A DNA stretch of 64,000 bases. Source: a virus. Taxonomy: Duplodnaviria > Caudoviricetes. Below the pieces are notes generated by a model. It worked only from the letters and a program-made list of their open reading frames with translations. It did not search any database and had not been told where the DNA came from. Of this stretch, positions 47,502 through 57,081 are shown piece by piece. How positions within the stretch are numbered: position 1 is the first letter of the stretch; the number at the start of each line of letters is the position of its first letter. The translations under genes and the position numbers were made by a program. The stretch lies in the IMG/VR virus record IMGVR_UViG_3300021255_000083, positions 1 through 64,000 of that record. One strand, 5' to 3'.

Positions 47502-47648
47502 TATAGGCGAAGAGTAGTATAGTGCTCTAGCCAACTGAGCTACAAGTCATAGGCTTCCTCGTATGAGGGCTCTTATTGACTTGGTTGGACTTGAACCAAC
47601 GACCTCTCGATTACCAGTCGAAAATTTAAGGAACTCTATTTGCCTATA
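47502..47648 (-). ncRNA. Y-RNA-like unit 4 containing a circularly permuted tRNA-Thr(GGU)-like domain
   Basis: TATAGGC/GCCTATA stem; TCGA-CTGGTAA-TCGA, GTTGG-TTCAAGT-CCAAC, CAAGTCA...TGACTTG, TA-GCTC-AGTTGGCTA-GAGC. Confidence 0.75.
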
Positions 47649-47708
47649 TCCTTCTATTATAATATACCTCAAATTAAATTAATTTTTGAACAAATTTTAG
47701 CAAAAAAA

Positions 47709-48410
47709 TTATTTTTTTGCCTCTGTTACTGTATATGTACCATATTTACCAAAACTTAATTCGGTTCTTCTAGCTAGTACTCCCACTGCTAAACCAGATG
47801 CACACATCATTGCTACTAGATTTTCAGCAGAAATTAGTGCTTCATTATAATCTAAATTTAATTTAGTTTCCCAATCATTAAATTTTGAGTATACAGAAAC
47901 AACCATTGCACCCCTTGCATTTTTATTAATTGTTGGTACACACTCCATATCTACTGACGAATATGTTATAGGTGCTTTATCACCCCTAATTATAAACCAA
48001 CTTCTTGGGTCAACTAAATTTTTAGTTAAACCACTTCTATATGCTCCTTTACATATACTTTCTTTAAACGCCTCACAAGGTATATAAAATAAAGCCTTTC
48101 CTGTTTCTTTTTCTTCGTGCATTAATCTAGCTAACTCACTTTTATAATAATCATCATCATAATTATCATTAAGTGTATCAGGTTTTTTAGTTACATCTAT
48201 CCAGTGCATACTGTCAATAAATCTTCTCATATCAGAAGATTTATACTTAACTTGCGGTAACCCATTATCCTTCCTTCTTAAATTATCAATTACTGCTGTA
48301 GGTCTACACTGCATAGCTAATGGTGCTAGCCCTTTAACTGTAACTTCTAAACTTTTCCATCTGTATGTAAATTGTACCTCTTTTGTATTATCGTCTTTTT
48401 TTGTAGCCAT
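47709..48410 (-). CDS. Cas7/RAMP-like RNA-binding protein (~233 aa), stand-alone
   Basis: RAMP layout: VTVKGLAPLAM strand, YIPCEAFKESICKGA, WETKLNLDY, C-terminal Gly-rich loop SGLAVGVLARR...FGKYGTYTV; start MATKK behind AAGGAGG. Confidence 0.7.
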   Translation of the reverse strand: MATKKDDNTKEVQFTYRWKSLEVTVKGLAPLAMQCRPTAVIDNLRRKDNGLPQVKYKSSDMRRFIDSMHWIDVTKKPDTLNDNYDDDYYKSELARLMHEEKETGKALFYIPCEAFKESICKGAYRSGLTKNLVDPRSWFIIRGDKAPITYSSVDMECVPTINKNARGAMVVSVYSKFNDWETKLNLDYNEALISAENLVAMMCASGLAVGVLARRTELSFGKYGTYTVTEAKK

Positions 48411-48509
48411 AACAACTACCTCCTTATAAAATATTTTTAGATACAATAAATTTTTCACTACTTACTAAATAGACCCACTTACAACATCTATTAGTTTATT
48501 TCATTACTT

Positions 48510-49480
48510 AATTTAATGCTCCATACAATATATTATGATTTAATATACTCTATGGGGCATTAAACCCCTCATTAACAGACTATGCTGTTCTTCAACAAAC
48601 TTTAGAAAACCTCAAACAACAAGATTGCAAATGAATGCATCGCATTGTACGCCTCTTCACTTTAACACCTGCCTCCTACCAAAATACTATATAAGTATTT
48701 TCTAATATGAAATAATTTACACTAGAAGATACTTATTTGTATCTTCTAATAAAAATATAATCAACAAAAAATTATCCCAAAACACTGAAATTTATCTTAA
48801 TGAAAACAAAATCACCCAACAGTAACACCACCACCTACCTAGATATATTAATATCTCTTGCAAAATACCAACTTTTAATATTCTCCAAGAGGTACTAATC
48901 GTACCTCATTTACAGTTTGTCACAACGTTTTACTTTGCTGCACATTAATCCACGTCACAGTAAATTAACACCTACCACCTACCAAAATACCCTATAAGTA
49001 TTTTCTAATATGAAATAATTTATACTAGAAGATACTTAATAGTATCTTCTTCGTTTTTGTAAGTGGTTCACACATTATTATAAAAAGCAGTAACCCACAA
49101 AACTAAACACCAACTTTGATAACTTTAATGTATTGTAACACCTACCACCTACCAAGATATATAAAATATCTTCTACTATAAACCATTTCACATTAGAAGA
49201 TACTTATTTGTATCTTCTTTTAAATATATTAAACACTCAACACGACAGCACTAAAAATCAATCTAAAACACATAACACTACCGCACAATATATAAACACC
49301 ACCACCTACCTAGATATATTAATATCTCACACAATTTACAACTAATTATAAACTCTGTGAGGCACTAATGTACCTCATATTACCTACAATAAATTGAGAC
49401 ATAGAAATATACAAATAAGTAAGTTACAGAATTATACATCAAACTACACTAAAGAAATACAACACCGACCACCCCCACAA
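48510..49480 (-). repeat. Six-unit ncRNA-like array: GGT-rich leader + 5-nt-periodic variable tract + hairpins
   Basis: Leaders GGTAGG(T/A)GG(T/C)(A)GGTGTT at 48664, 48824, 48967, 49137, 49295 and degenerate 49461; period about 143-170 nt; no long ORF. Confidence 0.85.
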
Positions 49481-49487
49481 AGTACAT

Positions 49488-50021
49488 TTAAATCTGTAAC
49501 CTATCTATTGCATCAAATATATCTTTCAACTCAATTATAGATATATACTTCTGTTGCCAGTATAATAAATCTTTATATGCATCTTTTTTAAGTTGTTCAT
49601 ATGTATCTTCATTACTTACAATTCTAAATGTTGAACTATATCCTTTAGCATTTGATAAATGTGTATAAGGTTGAAAGTTTACCTTATATGTTACAGGTTT
49701 GTCGTTATTATCCCTTGCTGTAATTGTAACAACTCTCAAATTATACACAATTTGATGTATTTGTTGTAGCCTGTACTTTTTACCTGCTATAGTATCATTC
49801 CATTCAAGACCCTTATATATTTCAGAACTTTTGTTATTTTCAGCATATAGATATATGTTTTCATCTTGTAAATTACCAAACTCAGCATTAATTTCAACAA
49901 ATTCACTAAACACTTTATTAGCATCTAATTTTATTCTGCTAGCCTTCACAAACTCACACTTAGTTACATTACCCTCACTAAGCTCTTTTATATCTAAATT
50001 ATATAGCATCTTTTCTTCCAT
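49488..50021 (-). CDS. Hypothetical protein directly upstream of the array (candidate RAMP partner)
   Basis: 177 aa; LEWNDTIAGKKYRLQQIHQIV motif; stop codon about 10 nt before the first leader. Confidence 0.6.
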   Translation of the reverse strand: MEEKMLYNLDIKELSEGNVTKCEFVKASRIKLDANKVFSEFVEINAEFGNLQDENIYLYAENNKSSEIYKGLEWNDTIAGKKYRLQQIHQIVYNLRVVTITARDNNDKPVTYKVNFQPYTHLSNAKGYSSTFRIVSNEDTYEQLKKDAYKDLLYWQQKYISIIELKDIFDAIDRLQI

Positions 50022-50023
50022 AA

Positions 50024-50254
50024 CTACCTCTTATTTTCTCTAATTATCTTCCAAATATCATAGTCATATGATACTTTACTTTCAACTTCTGTAACAACAT
50101 TTTTCAAGCACAATGTAACATCTATTACATCTTTAGCTAACATTGAATATGTATGTTGTATATCTGTTACTAGATACTTTGTATCATATTTTTGTCCTTG
50201 TATAATATCTCCTATTTCTAATGGTATCCATATATTATATCCTGCTGTTTGCAT
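50024..50254 (-). CDS. Hypothetical protein
   Basis: 76 aa ORF in operon. Confidence 0.55.
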   Translation of the reverse strand: MQTAGYNIWIPLEIGDIIQGQKYDTKYLVTDIQHTYSMLAKDVIDVTLCLKNVVTEVESKVSYDYDIWKIIRENKR

Positions 50255-50263
50255 AGCAATCTC

Positions 50264-52075
50264 CTATTCCATATTAATTTTTAAACAAGCTAATTCTGTT
50301 ACATAAACACCCTTTAATCTTGCAAGCTCTTGCTTAGCAAAGTCCATAGCTATCTCTTGTTTTATAGTAACATAATCTTTATACCAAGGTCTAAACGCAC
50401 CATATCCTCCACCACTTAACTTACAAGATACTCTATATATATTAAACCCTGCTTTCACTTGGTCTTCTGTTAATTTCAAATTAGATTTTAATTTTTTTAA
50501 ATCTTTATTTATTCTTATAGTTTTATCGTGTAACTTTACTTTTTCATCCACTTCAAAATTATTTTCTATATCTGTATCAATTGTTTCAACCATATTTGTT
50601 ATTGGCTCTTCTTGTACTGGTGGGACATAATGTTTTACTACTGCTTTTTTATAATTAGAATTACGCATTATTGCCCAATCATATTTTTTAGTCATACCCA
50701 CATCTATTCTAGGTATATACTTTGGTTGAGCATTATCTACTATAGTTTGTTTTAATTTTTTAATACAACTACTTATTGGATTATTAGGATTTACACCATT
50801 TTTTAATGTATTTAATAATGGTTTCATTTGTCTTAATGCTGTACTATCAATTTCAATATATCTTCTAAAATCTCTTAACACATACATTTTATCTTGTAGG
50901 TATGTATCCCCATTTGATGCTAATTCATTTTCCATTTCGTGTACAATATCAAATTGATAATCATTAGCTATATTAAATTGTCTATCTCTTTTCTTTATTT
51001 GATTATCAACATTTTCCATTAAGTACTCAAGCATTTCCAACATATTTATATAATCATCTACAGTATAGTTGAATTCACTATCACACTTATTTTGTTTATA
51101 TTTGGCTTCCATCGTTTTTACAACTTCTTCTTTTATTGGAGCCAATCTTATTGGGTCACCATCTTCATCTAATTCATCTTCATTAAAGTGTGGTTTATTG
51201 ATTTTAACTTCTTCTACCTTAGGTACATACTCTTCTACCTTAGGTGCTTCCTCAATACTAACCTCAATTTTCGATGGTTTACCCCATCTATTACCAACTT
51301 TGTGTGGTATATTATGTCTTGCAATTATATTATTAAAATTAGATACTGTAATATTTTTATCAGGAAATAACTGAATAATCTCCTCTCTCAATTCAGCAAT
51401 AGTTTTTTCAGTACTAGCCAACCTTACCACCTCAGATATAATATCATCTGTGTATATCTGATTTGCTCTTACTACTTTTTGTTCACTAGATTTATTAGAA
51501 GTATGCATCTTGACAGTAATTGCATCAAGCTCTTGTTTACTCTTATCTCCTTTACACATATAATTACTACCATTTGACATTTTCCTACTAAATCCAAAAA
51601 CATCTATTAGAATTCTGTAGAATTCTTGTCTCGACATAACTCCATAATGTTTTATGCTACAATAGTTCATATACTGACTGTATAGTTCAGTTGTTTTTAT
51701 AGATACAAAGCTGACATCTAAATATTTTTTAGCATTTAAAAACTCTGTAATTAATCTCTCATTAGTTTTCTTTTCTTCCATAGGTACTTTTGTTGTGACT
51801 ACTTTAGTTTGTTTAAGGTTTTCAATTTTTTCTACATCTTTATTATTTCTTCTTCTAGCCCAATCATTATTTCTAGCTCTTTGTTTTTCTAACCTTTCTT
51901 TTTCCTCTTCTGGTAAATCTATATACTTGATATATGGTAAATTTTTTGTACTTGCCATTGTCTCTCTTCGAGCACACGAAATACATTTTTTAAAATTTTT
52001 ATATCTTTCTTCATCAATATAATTTATACCACAATCAGGACATAGAATATCTTGTTTATGTAAATTCATATTCAA
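50264..52075 (-). CDS. Multi-domain protein with N-terminal zinc finger and winged-helix-like segment
   Basis: CPDC...CISC; TTELYSQYMNYC...SRQEFYRIL resembles primase C-terminal wHTH. Confidence 0.45.
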   Translation of the reverse strand: MNMNLHKQDILCPDCGINYIDEERYKNFKKCISCARRETMASTKNLPYIKYIDLPEEEKERLEKQRARNNDWARRRNNKDVEKIENLKQTKVVTTKVPMEEKKTNERLITEFLNAKKYLDVSFVSIKTTELYSQYMNYCSIKHYGVMSRQEFYRILIDVFGFSRKMSNGSNYMCKGDKSKQELDAITVKMHTSNKSSEQKVVRANQIYTDDIISEVVRLASTEKTIAELREEIIQLFPDKNITVSNFNNIIARHNIPHKVGNRWGKPSKIEVSIEEAPKVEEYVPKVEEVKINKPHFNEDELDEDGDPIRLAPIKEEVVKTMEAKYKQNKCDSEFNYTVDDYINMLEMLEYLMENVDNQIKKRDRQFNIANDYQFDIVHEMENELASNGDTYLQDKMYVLRDFRRYIEIDSTALRQMKPLLNTLKNGVNPNNPISSCIKKLKQTIVDNAQPKYIPRIDVGMTKKYDWAIMRNSNYKKAVVKHYVPPVQEEPITNMVETIDTDIENNFEVDEKVKLHDKTIRINKDLKKLKSNLKLTEDQVKAGFNIYRVSCKLSGGGYGAFRPWYKDYVTIKQEIAMDFAKQELARLKGVYVTELACLKINME

Positions 52076-52220
52076 GTTTAACTCCTCCTCTCATATTATT
52101 ACAATTTTATTACACAAACATCATATCATAATATTTAAAAAATGTAAATACATTTTTTAAACTTTTTAAAATTTTAAAGCCACCATAAATAGATTAATGG
52201 TGACCTTAAAATATTTAATA

Positions 52221-53654
52221 TTATTTGGTATTTTCAACAACACCACAATCATCAAATTGCAATGTATCAAGCATTACAGCTATCTTAGCTGTATTATCAA
52301 CTGTTTCCTTTAAACAACTGTATGCTAATTTAAGTGCATCTAAAGCATTTTCAGCAATATGTTTACTTTCATACACTAATTCAATAGCACTCTTGAACCA
52401 CTTACCTGTAACCTTAATATAATTAAATCGTATATTCCACACGTGTTTTACTATTTCAAATTCAGTAACTTCATATGGTTGTTCCTCAATACATTCATCA
52501 TCAACAGATGTACCAACTGATGTAAAAGTAATACCTTTATTATCTTCAAGTACAACTGTAGTATTTGAAGAACCATATGTTGCATCTATGTAATTAGGCA
52601 TATCATCTGTAGCATTATTATTAGTTACTGAAACATCTTGTGTAGCTTTTGATTTATGTGATTTTGGTCTTATTGCATCAAATTCTGGAATATTTTTAAT
52701 CCAATCTCTTACTGTATGTGCAGTCGCTTTATTTATATAACTAGGATATTTAGATGTAACATCTACCATAATAGATTTTATCATTTTGTTCCAAACTCTC
52801 CTATCCTCTGTTGCTGGATTTTCTTTAGTCAAATTTTCTTTGTGTGCTAATATAAATTGTCCAAAATACTTATCCATAAATAATCTAACCACATAATCTT
52901 GCATTTCTTTTGGATATCTCATACGCCTACCCTCACCTGTAGCTGTTATCATATTGTTCACCTCCATTTCATCAATATTTTTATTCTCAAGAAAACTTTC
53001 TTGACCATCTATTACTTTTACTTTCATATTACCCTCCACATATTTATTAATAAAATCTTGCACAATATCTACAGTCCAATAATACTCAGCTGTTGCTGGG
53101 TCAATAATGCACATTTCGTAAATATTTTCAGCCACGTATTTTTTATCATATTCTCTAGCTGACTTGCAAATTAATATAAAATTATCTATCAACCTTTGAG
53201 TAATAACATCATCAGTTAATTTAATTTTACCATTCCATTTATCAAATGAAATTTCCTCCACTTTTATCACCACTTTCTCTGGAACTATATTTCCAGTAAT
53301 CCCATCCCTGTATTGCATTAATGGTAACAGATAAATATTATACCCACAATACCTAGCTACAGTTGACAAACTATTAAAATAATCATTTTTAAATCCTTCA
53401 TAATCATTATAATAATTACTTGTTGATGATATCGATAATATATTATTCAATAATTGTTCTCTATAAGATAAACTTTCTTCATACTCACCTTCATCTTGTG
53501 TTCCATTATATATATGTTTTCTATGCCCTTGTTCAATAATATCAACAATAGTCATCCATAAATACTTTTTAGGTGAACTTCTAAAATGTATACCATTCAT
53601 TAAAAATAATCTATCTGTAAAACGTGTATAATCCATAAATTTCCCCCTATTCAA
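52221..53654 (-). CDS. Hypothetical protein (477 aa)
   Basis: Long ORF, no motif recognised. Confidence 0.6.
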   Translation of the reverse strand: MNRGKFMDYTRFTDRLFLMNGIHFRSSPKKYLWMTIVDIIEQGHRKHIYNGTQDEGEYEESLSYREQLLNNILSISSTSNYYNDYEGFKNDYFNSLSTVARYCGYNIYLLPLMQYRDGITGNIVPEKVVIKVEEISFDKWNGKIKLTDDVITQRLIDNFILICKSAREYDKKYVAENIYEMCIIDPATAEYYWTVDIVQDFINKYVEGNMKVKVIDGQESFLENKNIDEMEVNNMITATGEGRRMRYPKEMQDYVVRLFMDKYFGQFILAHKENLTKENPATEDRRVWNKMIKSIMVDVTSKYPSYINKATAHTVRDWIKNIPEFDAIRPKSHKSKATQDVSVTNNNATDDMPNYIDATYGSSNTTVVLEDNKGITFTSVGTSVDDECIEEQPYEVTEFEIVKHVWNIRFNYIKVTGKWFKSAIELVYESKHIAENALDALKLAYSCLKETVDNTAKIAVMLDTLQFDDCGVVENTK

Positions 53655-53740
53655 TTTCTATTTCCCTCTAATATAATATACCTCATTTATAATTAAAATT
53701 TTAATATAATCCAAACTGAAAATAAAATAGGTGTTACATT

Positions 53741-54716
53741 TTAAGTAACACCTATATCATCAACATCTAATAATATATAATTACAATTACAGTATAAAAT
53801 CTCATCAGCATCATCTTTATTATCAAAATGATACTTTATTATATCTCTAAATCTTTTATATAAGTTACTATCATCTTCCATCTCACTTTCAGTCAATTCA
53901 CCTATATCATAATCATATTGTTCAACTGATACATAACTAAAATACTTTTCTTCAAATTTAGATATTAATTTATCCTCTTTAATTGCTCTTTTTTCATTAT
54001 AAGGATTTTTACGTCTTACAACTAACCTTAATCTTGGGCTCCAATTATCTGGTCTTAAAATTAATATAGCATAATGCTCCTTCAATCTTTTTGATAATTT
54101 TCTACTGGCTCTTGTAGCTTTTGCTAATTTATACCAATCTTTAATTGCATATTTATAGTGACTTATCCATTCGGCAACAAAATCTTTAAAACATAAAAAG
54201 CTACTCTGTTCTTCCCAAATATGTTCAGCTTGAATACCAGAATACAGTACAGATTTAATATGGTGTTTTTTCATAAAAGCCAAAGCACCCTCCAATTTAT
54301 ATGTATTCCATTTTTCAATATTCTCATCATTTTCTATATATGCTTCTCTATATAAACCTATTACAAAACCACTTCGACTTGGCTTAAACTTATCTTCATC
54401 TCTTTCGTATTGAGTAAAAAATATTAGTTCAGATAAAGGACTTACGTTTAGACTATCTGCCCAAGTGTGTCCTATTCCATATTTTTCAATTTGATACTCT
54501 ATTGTATCAAATCTATTAGTATTCCACAAACCAAACTTAAATCCGAGGTATTTCCTTTATATGAAACCAACAAATACTGTCATTTTCCCCCTCAAATAAA
54601 AAATAACAATTACCCATCACAACATCTTTAATCGTATATCCCATATCTTGCATAACCTTTAAAATACTATTCATTAATTCTTGATTGGTCAATTTGGTCA
54701 ACTTTGGATTGTTCAT
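53741..54716 (-). CDS. Hypothetical protein, ~324 aa after +1 shift at CCT-CGG-A (54543-54545)
   Basis: RBS-led 59 aa ORF (MNNPKLTK...HIKEIP) joins GFKFGLWNTNRF (ORF 53741..54529). Confidence 0.65.
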
Positions 54717-55491
54717 TATTAGCCTCCTCTGAAACTGATTTACGCAACTCTTCCTCTTCTTGTCTATGTTGTTTATATACTTCTATGAAACTTAATAAAC
54801 AATTCACATATGCAAAATCAGTTACTCTTAAATCTATCTCAAAACCAATTGGTTCATTTAATCCCATATAATACTCATCCTCATTACCATATAAAGTAAG
54901 TATATATGGCACATCTACACCAAATTCCTTCATTCTCTTCTTATCTATAGCTTCCACAAACCACAAATCCCTTATTGAAGGATTAAATACTATATCACCT
55001 GTTTTATATTCGATACCATTTACATCTTTAACCCCTGTTTCTTTATTTAACATAGCATTTTGTTTCCATCTTAATTTCAAATTTGTGATATTTTCATCTT
55101 CATCTGGTTCTGATAATTTATCAAATTCGGGTCTATTATATGGTATATTTATATTGAGAGCTCTAGCCACATCTAACTCAGTTGCACTATCGTTAATTAA
55201 TACATCTATTATAGTATCTACTTCTTGTTTTTGTCTATCTTTCGCTTTTTTCCAAGCTCTTTCATTGATATAATTATTAAACAACACCACACTACATAAC
55301 ACTAAATTAACTACACATACAATATTAGCTATTCTTATACCAAATAGTCCTAATGTAACACTAATTATCAAAAATAGTAACTGCATAGTTATAATAACAG
55401 TATTTAAATTAAATTGTCCTGACATATGTTGTTTGAATATAATATCACTCACTCTAAACTTTGTTTCAAATGCTAAAAAACTCTTATCCAT
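54667..55491 (-). CDS. Membrane protein with YopX-like C-terminal motif
   Basis: Two TM helices; TGVKDVNGIEYKTGDIV. Confidence 0.5.
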   Translation of the reverse strand: MDKSFLAFETKFRVSDIIFKQHMSGQFNLNTVIITMQLLFLIISVTLGLFGIRIANIVCVVNLVLCSVVLFNNYINERAWKKAKDRQKQEVDTIIDVLINDSATELDVARALNINIPYNRPEFDKLSEPDEDENITNLKLRWKQNAMLNKETGVKDVNGIEYKTGDIVFNPSIRDLWFVEAIDKKRMKEFGVDVPYILTLYGNEDEYYMGLNEPIGFEIDLRVTDFAYVNCLLSFIEVYKQHRQEEEELRKSVSEEANNEQSKVDQIDQSRINE

Positions 55492-55507
55492 ATTTTTTTA
55501 CTACCTC

Positions 55508-56308
55508 CTATATATTTTTTGGATGCCAACTAATTATATTGTAAAAATCATACAATTTTTCAAATATATCTATAATTGTCTCAACAATAGCTTCTTCACT
55601 AATACGTTTATCGTGTCTCGGAAAATGCATTAACATAGAGGAATAGCACCCATCTACATCATTCTTCTTCCACCAATCGATAAACTCTTCTGGGTCTCTT
55701 GCATCAAAATCAAATGTATTTTCTGGGTCAGCATATCCAAAATCTGGCACACTATTCTGTGCATCAATATTTGTATTCCATACAGACCACTTAAATCCAT
55801 AACCTTTTAAATTGTTAAGCTCTGATACTATTTGGTCTTTTAAATCATCTATTTTATCTTGCAAATAATTTCTGTCTACACTATCGTGAGGTACTGCAAA
55901 ATATATACCAGCTTCAAACCCAGTATAACTAACATTTATTTGCATACAAGTATATTTTTGAAACCCTAGAATATCACCAGACCTATCATCTCCATATCTA
56001 GGTAGCCCATAATTTAATTGCTCAAGCTCCGATTTACTTTTTCCATACCTAACACCTAACCAATTAACTCTGCCTTTATTCAACTCATTAGGTACTATCA
56101 TAGATGTCACATTTGATTTTTTATAGTGATTGTGTAAATTCCACCCTTTTTCTTTTATTATAGGTAAAATTTCTTCATTTAAATCAAGTAACTTTTGTCT
56201 AATTCTCCTACGCATATCCATTTCTGGTTTTAATGCTGACGTTTGTCTATCTTCTTTAAATACATCATATTCATCATCTGTAAAATAATAGTTTGTATTA
56301 TCTATCAT
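55508..56308 (-). CDS. Hypothetical protein (266 aa)
   Basis: Long ORF; family not recognised with confidence. Confidence 0.6.
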   Translation of the reverse strand: MIDNTNYYFTDDEYDVFKEDRQTSALKPEMDMRRRIRQKLLDLNEEILPIIKEKGWNLHNHYKKSNVTSMIVPNELNKGRVNWLGVRYGKSKSELEQLNYGLPRYGDDRSGDILGFQKYTCMQINVSYTGFEAGIYFAVPHDSVDRNYLQDKIDDLKDQIVSELNNLKGYGFKWSVWNTNIDAQNSVPDFGYADPENTFDFDARDPEEFIDWWKKNDVDGCYSSMLMHFPRHDKRISEEAIVETIIDIFEKLYDFYNIISWHPKNI

Positions 56309-56320
56309 ATAAAATACCCC

Positions 56321-56533
56321 CTAAATAAAATCTGTTTGTAATAATCTGTATAAATTATGTCCTTCATCACAATAACCAACTCTAATTCTTAATCTATCAC
56401 TCCCACCATAATCTAATACAGCCACTGCTTCATCTGAACCTTCAGTTATAATTGTACAATTTTTGCAAGGTGGAAAATTACTATCGATAAATTGCATTAC
56501 TTTCTTTTTATTCATATGATACCTCCTTAACAA
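56321..56533 (-). CDS. Hypothetical protein
   Basis: Small ORF, probable start MNKKK behind AAGGAGG. Confidence 0.5.
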   Translation of the reverse strand: MLRRYHMNKKKVMQFIDSNFPPCKNCTIITEGSDEAVAVLDYGGSDRLRIRVGYCDEGHNLYRLLQTDFI

Positions 56534-57081
56534 CTATATGCTGATTTACTATATTTTGGTTTAATTTTATATTTTTCACAATAATTATAAATTGCATCTA
56601 ATATAAAACCTTTCGTTATATATCCTAAATTTCGTATTCTATTAATTTCTATAGGCGATTTACTGAAAAATCCATCCAAATTTGTTATACTAGCTCTATA
56701 TAAACTATTAATAGCTCGTTGTCTAGTTCCAGAACTATATTTAATTTCTATATCACGATTAACATCATCATAAAATATCTCAGGTAATGTTGGTGAATTA
56801 ATTTCCTCTCTATTAATAACATCTTCTTCTGGAACATAATCCATTCTATTATTAACTGCATTACTTTGATATATTATCTCGTTACCATCTAAATATTTAT
56901 GTCTAACCATATACCTTTCCATACTCTCTTCACTATAATCTCTAATCTCATTAAAATATCTTACATACACCTCGTGATGTGGAACTAATTTATTATCATA
57001 AGTGCTTTTTATCCAATCTCTTACAACCACACCTATTAAATTTTTCTCTACAACAACAATGTCGCCAAAACAAAACTTCAT
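56527..57081 (-). CDS. Protein with C-terminal RNA polymerase alpha-CTD-like domain
   Basis: RAINSLYRASITNL...SPIEINRIRNLG. Confidence 0.55.
   Translation of the reverse strand: MKFCFGDIVVVEKNLIGVVVRDWIKSTYDNKLVPHHEVYVRYFNEIRDYSEESMERYMVRHKYLDGNEIIYQSNAVNNRMDYVPEEDVINREEINSPTLPEIFYDDVNRDIEIKYSSGTRQRAINSLYRASITNLDGFFSKSPIEINRIRNLGYITKGFILDAIYNYCEKYKIKPKYSKSAYSC

Noticed and set aside
47266-47648. Conventional tRNA genes
   Set aside because: T arm precedes D arm, no CCA, and each sits inside a shared non-tRNA closing stem
48510-49480. Classical CRISPR array
   Set aside because: Repeats are long, of two types and degenerate; spacers are ~60-95 nt with internal 5-nt periodicity; no cas1/cas2/cas6 seen
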